Below are positions 49,815 through 57,699 of a stretch of DNA of 64,000 nucleotides, piece by piece. This stretch comes from an uncultured Lachnospiraceae bacterium (GTDB taxonomy: Bacteria > Bacillota > Clostridia > Lachnospirales > Lachnospiraceae). The notes beneath the pieces were generated by a model. The model was given only the letters and a program-made list of their open reading frames with translations, was not told the DNA's origin and did no database searches. The stretch spans positions 32,881 through 96,880 of the forward strand of contig CAMKQH010000015.1 of the NCBI GenBank assembly GCA_946414885.1. Direction: 5' to 3'. The translations under genes and the position numbers were made by a program. How positions within the stretch are numbered: position 1 is the stretch's first letter; every line of letters begins with the position of its first letter.

Positions 49815-49850
49815 AGCAGGGGCTGGAATCTGACGATTCCAGCCCCTGCT
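49815..49850 (-). terminator. terminator of the hicA-hicB-secB-like operon
   Basis: perfect 16-bp stem AGCAGGGGCTGGAATC-TGAC-GATTCCAGCCCCTGCT, T-rich tail on the minus strand. Confidence 0.85.
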
Positions 49851-49892
49851 ACCTATTGAATTATCCTAAACGCATATTTATAAACTTATGCC

Positions 49893-50327
49893 TTAATTCG
49901 GTCTTAATTCGCTTTTAACAAGAAATGGATTCAACATAAGCGGTTGTTGACCATAAGAAGACGTAATCTGCCCAATGAGTAACGAAACTCGGCTCATTAA
50001 AGGTGCTGTAATAAAATCTCCATTCTTAATAAGTTCTTCTGCAATGTTAATTTTGGTCCAATCATGTTCTGACCGTCGCTCATTAAACCTCAGATTTGCC
50101 CCAAAGGAGATACTCAAATTGAACATCATCTCTGGCGAAAACACTAGATTCCTAGTTAGAATTACTTTAACGCCGTTTTCATTTACTGACGCCTTTACAT
50201 TATCCTGACATGTCAATGCAATGTCTCGTATTTCATTGTCATTAGTAACATCTATTCTTTTATAAATTATACTATCTAAATAAATCTCCTGCTCTGGTCG
50301 AAAATACTCAACTAAATTCGCTATCAT
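49893..50327 (-). CDS. SecB-like chaperone (third gene of a putative TAC system)
   Basis: beta-rich N-terminal half, C-terminal helix followed by SRVSLLIGQITSSYGQQPLMLNP, like the SecB '..ISxLT.xG.pPL.LP' end; overlaps the hicB stop. Confidence 0.65.
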   Translation of the reverse strand: MIANLVEYFRPEQEIYLDSIIYKRIDVTNDNEIRDIALTCQDNVKASVNENGVKVILTRNLVFSPEMMFNLSISFGANLRFNERRSEHDWTKINIAEELIKNGDFITAPLMSRVSLLIGQITSSYGQQPLMLNPFLVKSELRPN

Positions 50328-50827
50328 ATCGATTTACTCTCCGTCTTACTATAGTTAAGCTTAACTCTATTGTAATCAATAATATTTGATCCGCTTACTG
50401 TCGTCTCATTGTCATATCTTGCGTTCCTCATTTGAATCGTCTCCGTAAGGTTTTTAACACTTTCAACAAATGCACGTGTCTGGCTTGAATCATTATCAAG
50501 GTATTCCTTAATTGCTTTTTCTACCTCTGAGTTAAGAGAGTGACCGTTCTTATCTGCAAATAAGGCAATTCCCCTGTGTAGTTCAGGTGAAATACGCACA
50601 TTAAAAGTTCCTTTATACTCCTTTTCCGGCTCTTTTCCAACCTCCTTACAAAAATCAAGATAATCATCCACTGCGGCGTGAAATTCTTCCTCAACACAAG
50701 AAATATCCTCTGCTTCAAATTCAACAAAATCATTAATGCCTTCTATCTTGCCTCTCAATGACATCGAATCAGCGTCAAACTCTATCTTAGTGTGATACCC
50801 CTTATATTCCATCACATTCATCATCAT
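50324..50827 (-). CDS. hicB: HicB-family antitoxin with a ~55-aa C-terminal extension
   Basis: MEYKGY..RGKIEGIND..EFHAAVDDYL..YKGTFNVRISPELH..SLNSEV. Confidence 0.9.
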   Translation of the reverse strand: MMMNVMEYKGYHTKIEFDADSMSLRGKIEGINDFVEFEAEDISCVEEEFHAAVDDYLDFCKEVGKEPEKEYKGTFNVRISPELHRGIALFADKNGHSLNSEVEKAIKEYLDNDSSQTRAFVESVKNLTETIQMRNARYDNETTVSGSNIIDYNRVKLNYSKTESKSI

Positions 50828-51102
50828 TATAATTCACCTATCTCTCTTAAATAATCCGCCAAATATCTAATTGCACCCATACTCATCACATCCCCGGGAT
50901 GTGGTTTATGTAGCATTATTATACGCTGATCACTTTCCCTATAGAACTTTACTCTTGATCCCGATGTTTTTCCTTTATTAGACTCTTCAAATCCAAGTTG
51001 CGAAAGTACACGCTTTGCCTCAGAATATGTATAATCTTTAGGGTATAAAAGTAGCCGTTCTTTAGCTTTTTCGAATGTACTCATGCAGAAGTCCCCTTGC
51101 AA
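50827..51102 (-). CDS. hicA: HicA-family mRNA interferase toxin
   Basis: GFEESNKGKTSGSRVKF..MLHKPHPG. Confidence 0.9.
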   Translation of the reverse strand: MQGDFCMSTFEKAKERLLLYPKDYTYSEAKRVLSQLGFEESNKGKTSGSRVKFYRESDQRIIMLHKPHPGDVMSMGAIRYLADYLREIGEL

Positions 51103-51156
51103 CTACTCTATAGTTGCATTCTATCATATTTAGATTATTTGTCAATAATCTAAATT
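51098..51156 (-). promoter_or_regulatory. hicA promoter with two operator palindromes
   Basis: TTGACA(51146-41)-17-TAGAAT(51123-18); IR ATTTAGATTATT/AATAATCTAAAT around the -35; IR TGCAACTA/TAGTTGCA downstream of the -10. Confidence 0.8.
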
Positions 51157-51170
51157 TTGCTTATTATATC

Positions 51171-52178
51171 TTAATCTATTACAACATCCTTCGCATACGC
51201 ATAAGAAATAATCTCTCCCGTCTTTGTCGACGAATATCCTTTCTCCTTGTGCGAATACTCTGATATTTCAGCAGAGCCAAAATCCTTAAACTTCACGTAC
51301 ACACGCTCTAGCACGGCCATTTCTTGCTCCGAAAGAATCCCTTCCTCAATGTCTCTTTCAGGAATTACCTCGTGCTTCTCATAGCCATTTTCATAAAACA
51401 CTTCTATTCGAATAATATGATCTGCTTCCATATTTCCAAGCAAGATATCCGCTTTATCTGGCACCGGTCCATATGGAAGATGAGCATACGTTAATCCAGA
51501 CATTGAAATCCCGTTTTCTTTATAAAACACCATGTCTGAATAATTTAGCAGCTTCATCAATTTCGTTTTGTATAACCCGGCACATTTATTCGAAAAGAAC
51601 AGAACCATGGCACATATCTTTTCATAATCAAAACTTTTAAAACCATTTTCGATACATGGCATCTTAGAAAAATACAGATTCAAAAGTTTTATCCCTCTCC
51701 GCCGTTTTTCCTTATGTTCTAATTCGTCAATCGCCTTCAACAGTTGCGCTTTTAGTTTTTCATCTATTGTAGCTTCATTGTTGGCAAGATAAGCGCGCAT
51801 GTTCTCAGGATCTCGCAAAAATATCAACATGCTGTTATGTGCTTTGTCTTGAATGGAACCATTTTCATATCTGAAAATGGTTTTGTCTCCCCAATTCAAA
51901 AGCTTTGCAAGCCCTCGCTGGCTTAAGCCATACTGCTCTCTAATATCCTTAATCTCTTTAGGCATAAGAAGGTTGTGCTTCTGTCTGTACTCATTGTAAG
52001 CGTTCAACAGCGTTTTCGAATCAAGTTCCTCACAAAATAATTCTTCGCCGCAATCTGCGCAGGTCAGGATCTGAGCATCAACCGTAACGTCCTCACCACA
52101 AATTTTGAAAGTCTCTTTTCTGGTAACAATCTTTGTTTCAACATCTTTATCACATCTTTCGCAATATTTTCTCATCAT
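51171..52178 (-). CDS. MqsA-type Zn-finger-HTH fused to a Panacea/SocA (DUF4065) antitoxin domain
   Basis: CERC..CADCGEE zinc finger, EIKDIREQYGLSQRGLAKLLNWGDKTIFRYENG HTH, KTKLMKLLNYSD..YAHLPYGPVP Panacea motif. Confidence 0.85.
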   Translation of the reverse strand: MMRKYCERCDKDVETKIVTRKETFKICGEDVTVDAQILTCADCGEELFCEELDSKTLLNAYNEYRQKHNLLMPKEIKDIREQYGLSQRGLAKLLNWGDKTIFRYENGSIQDKAHNSMLIFLRDPENMRAYLANNEATIDEKLKAQLLKAIDELEHKEKRRRGIKLLNLYFSKMPCIENGFKSFDYEKICAMVLFFSNKCAGLYKTKLMKLLNYSDMVFYKENGISMSGLTYAHLPYGPVPDKADILLGNMEADHIIRIEVFYENGYEKHEVIPERDIEEGILSEQEMAVLERVYVKFKDFGSAEISEYSHKEKGYSSTKTGEIISYAYAKDVVID

Positions 52179-52197
52179 TCACACCTCCATGACCTAA

Positions 52198-52278
52198 CTA
52201 AAAATCTCCCGCAACTATTAAGTTTTTCGCTTTTGTGAGAAATAAAGAAATGTCCGAGATGCTCGCCCTATTACACAC
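52198..52278 (-). pseudogene. N-terminal remnant (26 aa) of an MqsR-like toxin
   Basis: GAGGAGG RBS then GTG; VCNRASISDISLFLTKAKNLIVAGDF*; toxin position directly upstream of the MqsA-type antitoxin. Confidence 0.55.
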
Positions 52279-52301
52279 GCAACCACCTCCTCATACTTAA
52301 C

Positions 52302-52329
52302 ATTATACCATCGCATCCAATCTTGTCAA
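52302..52329 (-). promoter_or_regulatory. consensus sigmaA promoter of the MqsR/MqsA-Panacea operon
   Basis: TTGACA(52329-24)-16-TATAAT(52307-02) with extended TG. Confidence 0.8.
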
Positions 52330-52362
52330 CAAAAATGCGGTCATTTGACCGCATTTTTGTTG
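52327..52362. terminator. bidirectional terminator
   Basis: CAACAAAAATGCGGTCA-TT-TGACCGCATTTTTGTTG. Confidence 0.8.
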
Positions 52363-52363
52363 C

Positions 52364-52388
52364 GTCACGGGGACTTGTCTACTGACAC
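52364..52388 (+). repeat. REP-like repeat, copy 3
   Basis: GTCACGGGGACTTGTCTACTGACAC. Confidence 0.8.
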
Positions 52389-52495
52389 GTTTCATTTTTT
52401 AGGAAAGACTGCACTCTTTTATGCAGAGCTCACCAAGGATCTCGTAACTGCCTATGACGAAGAATAACGTGCCAATTCAAAAAGGCGCAGGAATC

Positions 52496-52876
52496 TTACG
52501 ACTCCTGCGCCTTTCTTTTTGCTTCCATATCCTCCCGCACTTCGATCTTCTGTCCGTCCGGATCCCATAGATAGCAATACCTCTCGCCGCTCACGTCCCG
52601 CATTCTGTGTGCGTCGGTGTAGTTGCGGACAATGCTTTCGTAATCGTCCACGACGATGGAGAAATAGCGGATTCCCAGAGGCTCCGGAATGCGATCCCGC
52701 TTGGGGCGGAAACGATCCACGAGAAATTCCAGGACGATGCCGTATCCCTCCAAAACTACTTCGGTGGTGTCAAGCCGTTTGCGACGGCTCGTTTCCCGAA
52801 AGCCCAAGTCCAAATAAAAGTTGATCGTCTTGTCCGACGATGCGATGAGCGAAATGTGATGTAATCCCGTTGCCAT
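52496..52876 (-). CDS. VOC family protein (second)
   Basis: GLHHISLIAS, GIRYFSIVV, YLWDPDGQKIEVRE; homologous to 49134-49514. Confidence 0.8.
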   Translation of the reverse strand: MATGLHHISLIASSDKTINFYLDLGFRETSRRKRLDTTEVVLEGYGIVLEFLVDRFRPKRDRIPEPLGIRYFSIVVDDYESIVRNYTDAHRMRDVSGERYCYLWDPDGQKIEVREDMEAKRKAQES

Positions 52877-53157
52877 AATGTCTGCTCCTTTCCTTTTGTA
52901 TTTTTCGGCGCAGGCATTTTTATGCCTCAAACCTCTTGGATTTTATCACATTTTCATGCAGTTTTCTACCCATCTTGCATTTTTCGCCCTTGTTCCATGC
53001 AGTATTCGCCCTAAAGTGGGTCACGATATCTTTCTTTATCGTGCGGAACTTCTTCTTTTGGAGGCAGTTTGCGTAGCACGTTGTTGCTTGTATGTCAGAC
53101 CGCCGTCAGATATACTTTTACTATCATTTATATCTTCAAGGGAGGGAAATAACGATC

Positions 53158-54426
53158 ATGAACAGAAAAAGATTTTTGATCACGTTACTGGCAGCAACGC
53201 TGCTGTTGGTTTCCTGCGGTCCAACCGTGCCAAAGGAAAGCACGGACGCCTCAATTGTTTCCTCGGAGGCTTCGACCATGTCTAACGAAAGCTCAGACGC
53301 TGCAGTTGTTTCCTCGGAGGCTTCGACCATGTCTAACGAAAGCTCGGACGCTGCAGTTGTTTCCTCGGAGGTTTCGACCATGTCTAACGAAAGTTCGGAC
53401 GCTGCAGTTGTTTCCTCGGAGGCTTCGACCGCGTCTAACGAAAGCTCAGACGCTGCAGTTGTTTCCTCGGAGGCTTCGACCACGGAGGAGTCCAAGGTTT
53501 TTCCGCCCCGGATCACTCTGAGCGGCAATCATGATGATCACGTCATCACTGACCAGTTTTGTTACGTTGAGGGAGAAAAATATTTTCTTCTTTTAGACAA
53601 GGACGTTGACCTGCCGGGAGATTTTGGCGACAACGTAGAACTCATCATTGATGAGATTGAAAAGTTAACGGGCTATACGTTCAGCATTCCATCTACCGTT
53701 TATACGTGCGACAACAGCACCGTCAGGTTTGGGTACAATCCCTGGGATGGATTTGACTTTGGCATGAAGGTGCCCATTTACCTTTATCCGGACAGGGAAA
53801 GCAAGGGTTACATTTCCAGCGCTTCGTCAGAGTTTATGAATCTGCAGCTGTATGAATTATACAGCAATGACTTGTGGAATTCCGTGCCTGCATACCGCGA
53901 TAATCCTTGGCGCCGCGATAATTACGTCAACTATGAAACCGTCGCTCATGAATTGACGCACGTGTTAACGTGCAGGCGCACAGCCCTCACAAAGATCATG
54001 ACGGAAGGCTGCGCGGATTACGTTGCGGAAAAGGTTATTAAAAAGCTCGCGGACGTCACCGGGCAATATGATTTCGTGGAATCCGCTGCCCGCATGGACT
54101 TATCATATCACGTAAAGAATGAAGTGACTGCCGAGAATGCAGAGGAAGTTTTCCGGAATGACTATTCTGATTTGTCCACCATAGAGCGCGGTGATGAATA
54201 TACACTTGGAAGAATGTTGTGCCTATTCCTTGAGGAAGACTATGGCGCGTCCTCCCTGCACGATTATATCGCGGCAGTTGCAAATGCAGGTTATGCTTAC
54301 CCCGAATTTCTCAGCGATCCTAGCCCAAATGACATTAACAAAATGACGGACTTAATGAAGACAACCTTCGGCAACGACGTCTTCACAAAATTCGGCGCCT
54401 GGTACCAAACCCACAAGGATCAATAA
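53158..54426 (+). CDS. lipoprotein with Ser/Glu-rich tandem repeat and a C-terminal HExxH metallopeptidase-like domain
   Basis: MNRKRFLITLLAATLLLVSC lipobox; AHELTH..TEGCADY gluzincin-like motif. Confidence 0.8.
   Translation: MNRKRFLITLLAATLLLVSCGPTVPKESTDASIVSSEASTMSNESSDAAVVSSEASTMSNESSDAAVVSSEVSTMSNESSDAAVVSSEASTASNESSDAAVVSSEASTTEESKVFPPRITLSGNHDDHVITDQFCYVEGEKYFLLLDKDVDLPGDFGDNVELIIDEIEKLTGYTFSIPSTVYTCDNSTVRFGYNPWDGFDFGMKVPIYLYPDRESKGYISSASSEFMNLQLYELYSNDLWNSVPAYRDNPWRRDNYVNYETVAHELTHVLTCRRTALTKIMTEGCADYVAEKVIKKLADVTGQYDFVESAARMDLSYHVKNEVTAENAEEVFRNDYSDLSTIERGDEYTLGRMLCLFLEEDYGASSLHDYIAAVANAGYAYPEFLSDPSPNDINKMTDLMKTTFGNDVFTKFGAWYQTHKDQ
53257..53482 (+). repeat. 51-bp in-frame tandem repeat, 4 full units plus a partial
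   Basis: GTTTCCTCGGAGGCTTCGACC.. at 53257, 53308, 53359, 53410, 53461; encodes VSSEASTMSNESSDAAV. Confidence 0.95.
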
Positions 54427-54436
54427 AGCGCGCTAA

Positions 54437-54474
54437 TTACCGCAAGCATTCAGTGACGTGATAGCTTGCGGTAA
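54437..54474. terminator. terminator between convergent genes
   Basis: TTACCGCAAGC..GCTTGCGGTAA followed by a T-run. Confidence 0.7.
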
Positions 54475-54480
54475 ACTTTT

Positions 54481-57105
54481 TTAAATAACGTCAACTTTGC
54501 AGCTTGCCTCCGGAAGTCCCTGCGCGCGCACGGTCAGCGTGACTTCCCCGGCCTCATAGCCCGCGCGCAGGATGGCAAGCGCGTGCCCGCGATACGAAAC
54601 GGTCTCATTGTCCGTATAATCTTCCTCCGTTATGGGGTTGGCCGTACCAAAGCCTGCAAGGGTGGCCACGGCGCCCGCCGACACACCTGCATCCGCGCAG
54701 CTTGCCTCCGCGCCAAGCTTTGTCTCCGCATCCGCGCAGCATGTCTCCGCCTCAAGCTTCACCTCTGAATAGGGCACGACGCGGCCCTGCGCGTCCACAA
54801 TTTCAATGTTAACGTAAATCACGTCATGCCCGTCTGCCTTCATGCTCTGCTTCTCGGGAGTGAGGCGAATGCCGACAGGCTTTGCCGCCGTCGTAAGTGC
54901 GGCGCGGCTAACTTCCTTCCCACCGTCATAGCTGACCGCAACAACCTCTCCGGGCTGGTAAACTGCGTCAAAACGCACGCTCCTCGGGAGCGGACGCTCA
55001 TTGGAAACAGGCTTGCGTCCGATGGACGTACCGTTCACGAAAATCTCCACTTCCTCTGCCTTCGAGAAAACAACAAGCTCTACGGGCTTTCCTTCATAGC
55101 CCTCAAAGCTCCAGTCAGAAAGCACGTCCGTGAATCCCCACGCGCTGATGAGCTCCTTCTTGCCATAGTTTTTCGGATGAACGGTATACAGATGCGTCGT
55201 CTCGCTTCCCCAAATGACGCTGCGATATGCGCCCTGCGGAAGCTTCTTTCCGGTGATGTCAAAATCTGCGTCGTTGGCCGTGCGCCAAGGGAAAGGAGAC
55301 GTGGTCTGGGGCATCAGTGCCCACTGACCTCTTTGCAGGAAGGGATCCTCGGGATCCAGGTAAACAGACTTTCCAAGGCCTGCCTCACCCAGATAATCCC
55401 ATGCCGTCCAAGTAAATTCGCCAATCACGTACGGCAGCTTCTCCACGAGCGGCCAGCGGAAGCCAATCTCCTTCGGGAAATTCTCCGATCCAAGAATCAC
55501 GCGGTCCGGGAACATCTCATGATCCTTCTCATAAAGATCCTCCATGTAATTGTATCCAACAACGTCAAGCCCATTCGTGAAAGGCTCCGTCCCCGTCTCC
55601 CACAGATTCTTTGAGGCATCGTCCGCCGCGTTTTGCTGGCTGTTCTGGCCCTCCATGAGCTCGTCGTCAAGTCCGCTCCAAAATGAGCAAATTCCATTGC
55701 TGACGGGCCTCGTGCCGTCCAGGCTCCTCATCTTCTCTGCAAGCTTTGTCGCCAACGCATACCCGTCATTTAAGCCTCCGCGCTCCGGAATTTCATTGCC
55801 CGTGGACCAAAGGATCACGCTGGGGTGCGAGCGGTCCCTGCGGACAAACGCCGTCAGATCCTTCTCCCAGTACGCATCAAAGAACTGGTTGTAATCACCG
55901 CCGCGCTTCGCCATTCCCCAAGCGTCAAACGCCTCGTCAAACACGTACATGCCAAGTCTGTCGCAGGCCTCGATCAGCGCCGCAGACGGCGGATTGTGGG
56001 CCGTACGGATCGCATTAAATCCTACCTCTTTCAGCTTCTTCACCTTCCGCGCCTCGCTCTCATAGAGCGAAACCGAACCGAGCAGACCATTGTCATGATG
56101 CAGGCATCCGCCCTTTAATTTCACCGTTTTTCCGTTAATCCTAAGGCCGCGCGCCACGTCTGCCGTGATCGTCCGGATGCCAAAGAGAACCGTCGCCACG
56201 TCACTCTGCCTTGCGCCACTTGCGCCGGGTTCCCCTTGCGCGTCAGCCTCGCTTGCCACACGTTGCGTCATATTTTTCCCCGCTTCTCCCGCGATATTCT
56301 TCACTATGCCTTCTTCCTCGCAGGGAATAAAATGCGTGCGGTACGCGCCAAGATCCGTCACCTTCGCCGTCACCTGGTATAAGTTTGGATGATCTGCATC
56401 CCAAAGCATGGGATTCTCCACGGAAAACGCCATCCGCGCCGTCTCCGTCGTCCGGGCGCCCACGCAGATCACGCGCCGCGTAACAGCCGCCACGCATCCC
56501 TCTGCGGTCAGCGTAAGCTCGACCTCCACCAAGCGCTTTTCCAACGTATCATTCTGCACGTCCACCTGCGCCTCCAAAAAGGCCCGTCCGTCCGCCACTT
56601 CCTTTGTCGAAACAAAGATGCCGTCCACGGGAACGTGAACCTTCGGCCCGTGCACAAGCTTTACGCCGCGGTACAGGCCGGAACCGGTGTACCAGCGGGA
56701 ATTGGGCTGCATGCTGGCGTTGACGTTGATCGTGATGCGGTTCTCCTTCCCAAAGGTCACAAGGTCCGTCAGATCCACGTAAAACGGCGCATAGCCATAA
56801 TGCTGCTGCCCCGCCTTGTAACCATTGACGTCGACGGTCGCATTCAGCATCACGCCGTCAAACTGCAGTCCAACGCGCTCTCCCTCCCATTCCTTTGGGA
56901 AAAACACAAATTTCGTGTAATTTGAATTTCCTCCGGTAAAATATCCCATGTCCATCTTTGCCGGCGCATCCGGCGTCACCGCCGTACTGATCATGCCATC
57001 ATGCGGCAGATTCACCACCACGCCGGGATCCTCCCGGAGCATCCCCAGACTATCCAAAAATCCTCTTCGAAACGTCCACTCCCGATCCAATGCTATGCTC
57101 TGCAT
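54481..57105 (-). CDS. glycoside hydrolase family 2 (beta-galactosidase-like, with DUF4982/Ig domains)
   Basis: NSRWYTGSGLYR, KGGCLHHDNG, NAIRTAHNPP, WSTGNE, GSE, WTAWDYLGE. Confidence 0.93.
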   Translation of the reverse strand: MQSIALDREWTFRRGFLDSLGMLREDPGVVVNLPHDGMISTAVTPDAPAKMDMGYFTGGNSNYTKFVFFPKEWEGERVGLQFDGVMLNATVDVNGYKAGQQHYGYAPFYVDLTDLVTFGKENRITINVNASMQPNSRWYTGSGLYRGVKLVHGPKVHVPVDGIFVSTKEVADGRAFLEAQVDVQNDTLEKRLVEVELTLTAEGCVAAVTRRVICVGARTTETARMAFSVENPMLWDADHPNLYQVTAKVTDLGAYRTHFIPCEEEGIVKNIAGEAGKNMTQRVASEADAQGEPGASGARQSDVATVLFGIRTITADVARGLRINGKTVKLKGGCLHHDNGLLGSVSLYESEARKVKKLKEVGFNAIRTAHNPPSAALIEACDRLGMYVFDEAFDAWGMAKRGGDYNQFFDAYWEKDLTAFVRRDRSHPSVILWSTGNEIPERGGLNDGYALATKLAEKMRSLDGTRPVSNGICSFWSGLDDELMEGQNSQQNAADDASKNLWETGTEPFTNGLDVVGYNYMEDLYEKDHEMFPDRVILGSENFPKEIGFRWPLVEKLPYVIGEFTWTAWDYLGEAGLGKSVYLDPEDPFLQRGQWALMPQTTSPFPWRTANDADFDITGKKLPQGAYRSVIWGSETTHLYTVHPKNYGKKELISAWGFTDVLSDWSFEGYEGKPVELVVFSKAEEVEIFVNGTSIGRKPVSNERPLPRSVRFDAVYQPGEVVAVSYDGGKEVSRAALTTAAKPVGIRLTPEKQSMKADGHDVIYVNIEIVDAQGRVVPYSEVKLEAETCCADAETKLGAEASCADAGVSAGAVATLAGFGTANPITEEDYTDNETVSYRGHALAILRAGYEAGEVTLTVRAQGLPEASCKVDVI

Positions 57106-57141
57106 ACTTTCCCTTCCTCCGCCTATGATTTCATATTTTGG

Positions 57142-57166
57142 GTCACGGGGACGTGCCTACTGACAC
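57142..57166 (+). repeat. REP-like repeat, copy 4
   Basis: GTCACGGGGACGTGCCTACTGACAC. Confidence 0.8.
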
Positions 57167-57194
57167 ATTTTTGATAAACCACACTCGCAATATG

Positions 57195-57372
57195 CTCGAG
57201 GGGATGGCTTGAATAGTATCCCTCAGGCATATTTGCCAAGCGTCGGTACTTAGGAGGCGTATACGAGCGGAGACAGCATTTATGCTGGTCCCGTTCGTGA
57301 CTCCTTAGTACCGCTACGCTGCAAGTATAGCGCGAGCGTGCCTGAGGGACACTATCAAGCCTCAGCCCCGAG
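57195..57372. other. ~180-nt rod-like imperfect palindrome between inverted REP-like repeats (REPIN/MITE-like or ncRNA)
   Basis: nested pairings GGCTTGA/TCAAGCC, ATAGT/ACTAT, TCCCTCAGGCA/TGCCTGAGGGA, CGGTAC-T-TAGGAG/CTCCT-TAGTACCG, ACGAGCGG/CCGTTCGT, CAGCA-TTTA-TGCTG. Confidence 0.75.
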
Positions 57373-57389
57373 TTTTTGGGGTTCTAAAC

Positions 57390-57414
57390 ATGTCAGTAGA
57401 CACGTCCCCGTGAC
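57390..57414 (-). repeat. REP-like repeat, copy 5 (inverted relative to copy 4)
   Basis: ATGTCAGTAGACACGTCCCCGTGAC. Confidence 0.8.
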
Positions 57415-57503
57415 CCCATTTGTCTCTTTCACACACTTAAAATCAGTTTACCACGTTTCCACGCAAATACAAATCAATTATCTTGTACATCCCATGGCTT
57501 TTC

Positions 57504-57532
57504 TTGACGTCTGCATATTGCAAAACTATAAT
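57504..57532 (+). promoter_or_regulatory. sigmaA promoter upstream of the pfkB-family gene
   Basis: TTGACG-17-TATAAT. Confidence 0.75.
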
Positions 57533-57656
57533 TTATTTAAGCGGCGGACATCCGACAAACCATGGCTAAAACTAAGATCTTGGTGTAGCTTACCGCTCAT
57601 GACCAAGCATGGCTACGGCAATGACCTTGACGTAAATTGACTTTCGGAAGATAAAT

Positions 57657-57681
57657 GTGTCAGTAGACACATTCCCGTGAC
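57657..57681 (-). repeat. REP-like repeat, copy 6 (in the pfkB 5' UTR)
   Basis: GTGTCAGTAGACACATTCCCGTGAC, directly before the AGGAGG RBS. Confidence 0.75.
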
Positions 57682-57699
57682 ACAAAAGGAGGAAGAAGC

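Noticed and set aside
53257-53482. 51-bp and 36-bp (59578-59700) tandem repeats as possible CRISPR arrays
   Set aside because: Units are contiguous with no unique spacers, are multiples of 3 inside ORFs, and no cas genes are present.
57195-57372. 6S RNA call for the rod-like hairpin
   Set aside because: Size and shape fit, but I see no Firmicute 6S sequence motifs and no clear promoter, and the REP flanks favour a mobile element; kept only as an alternative to test.
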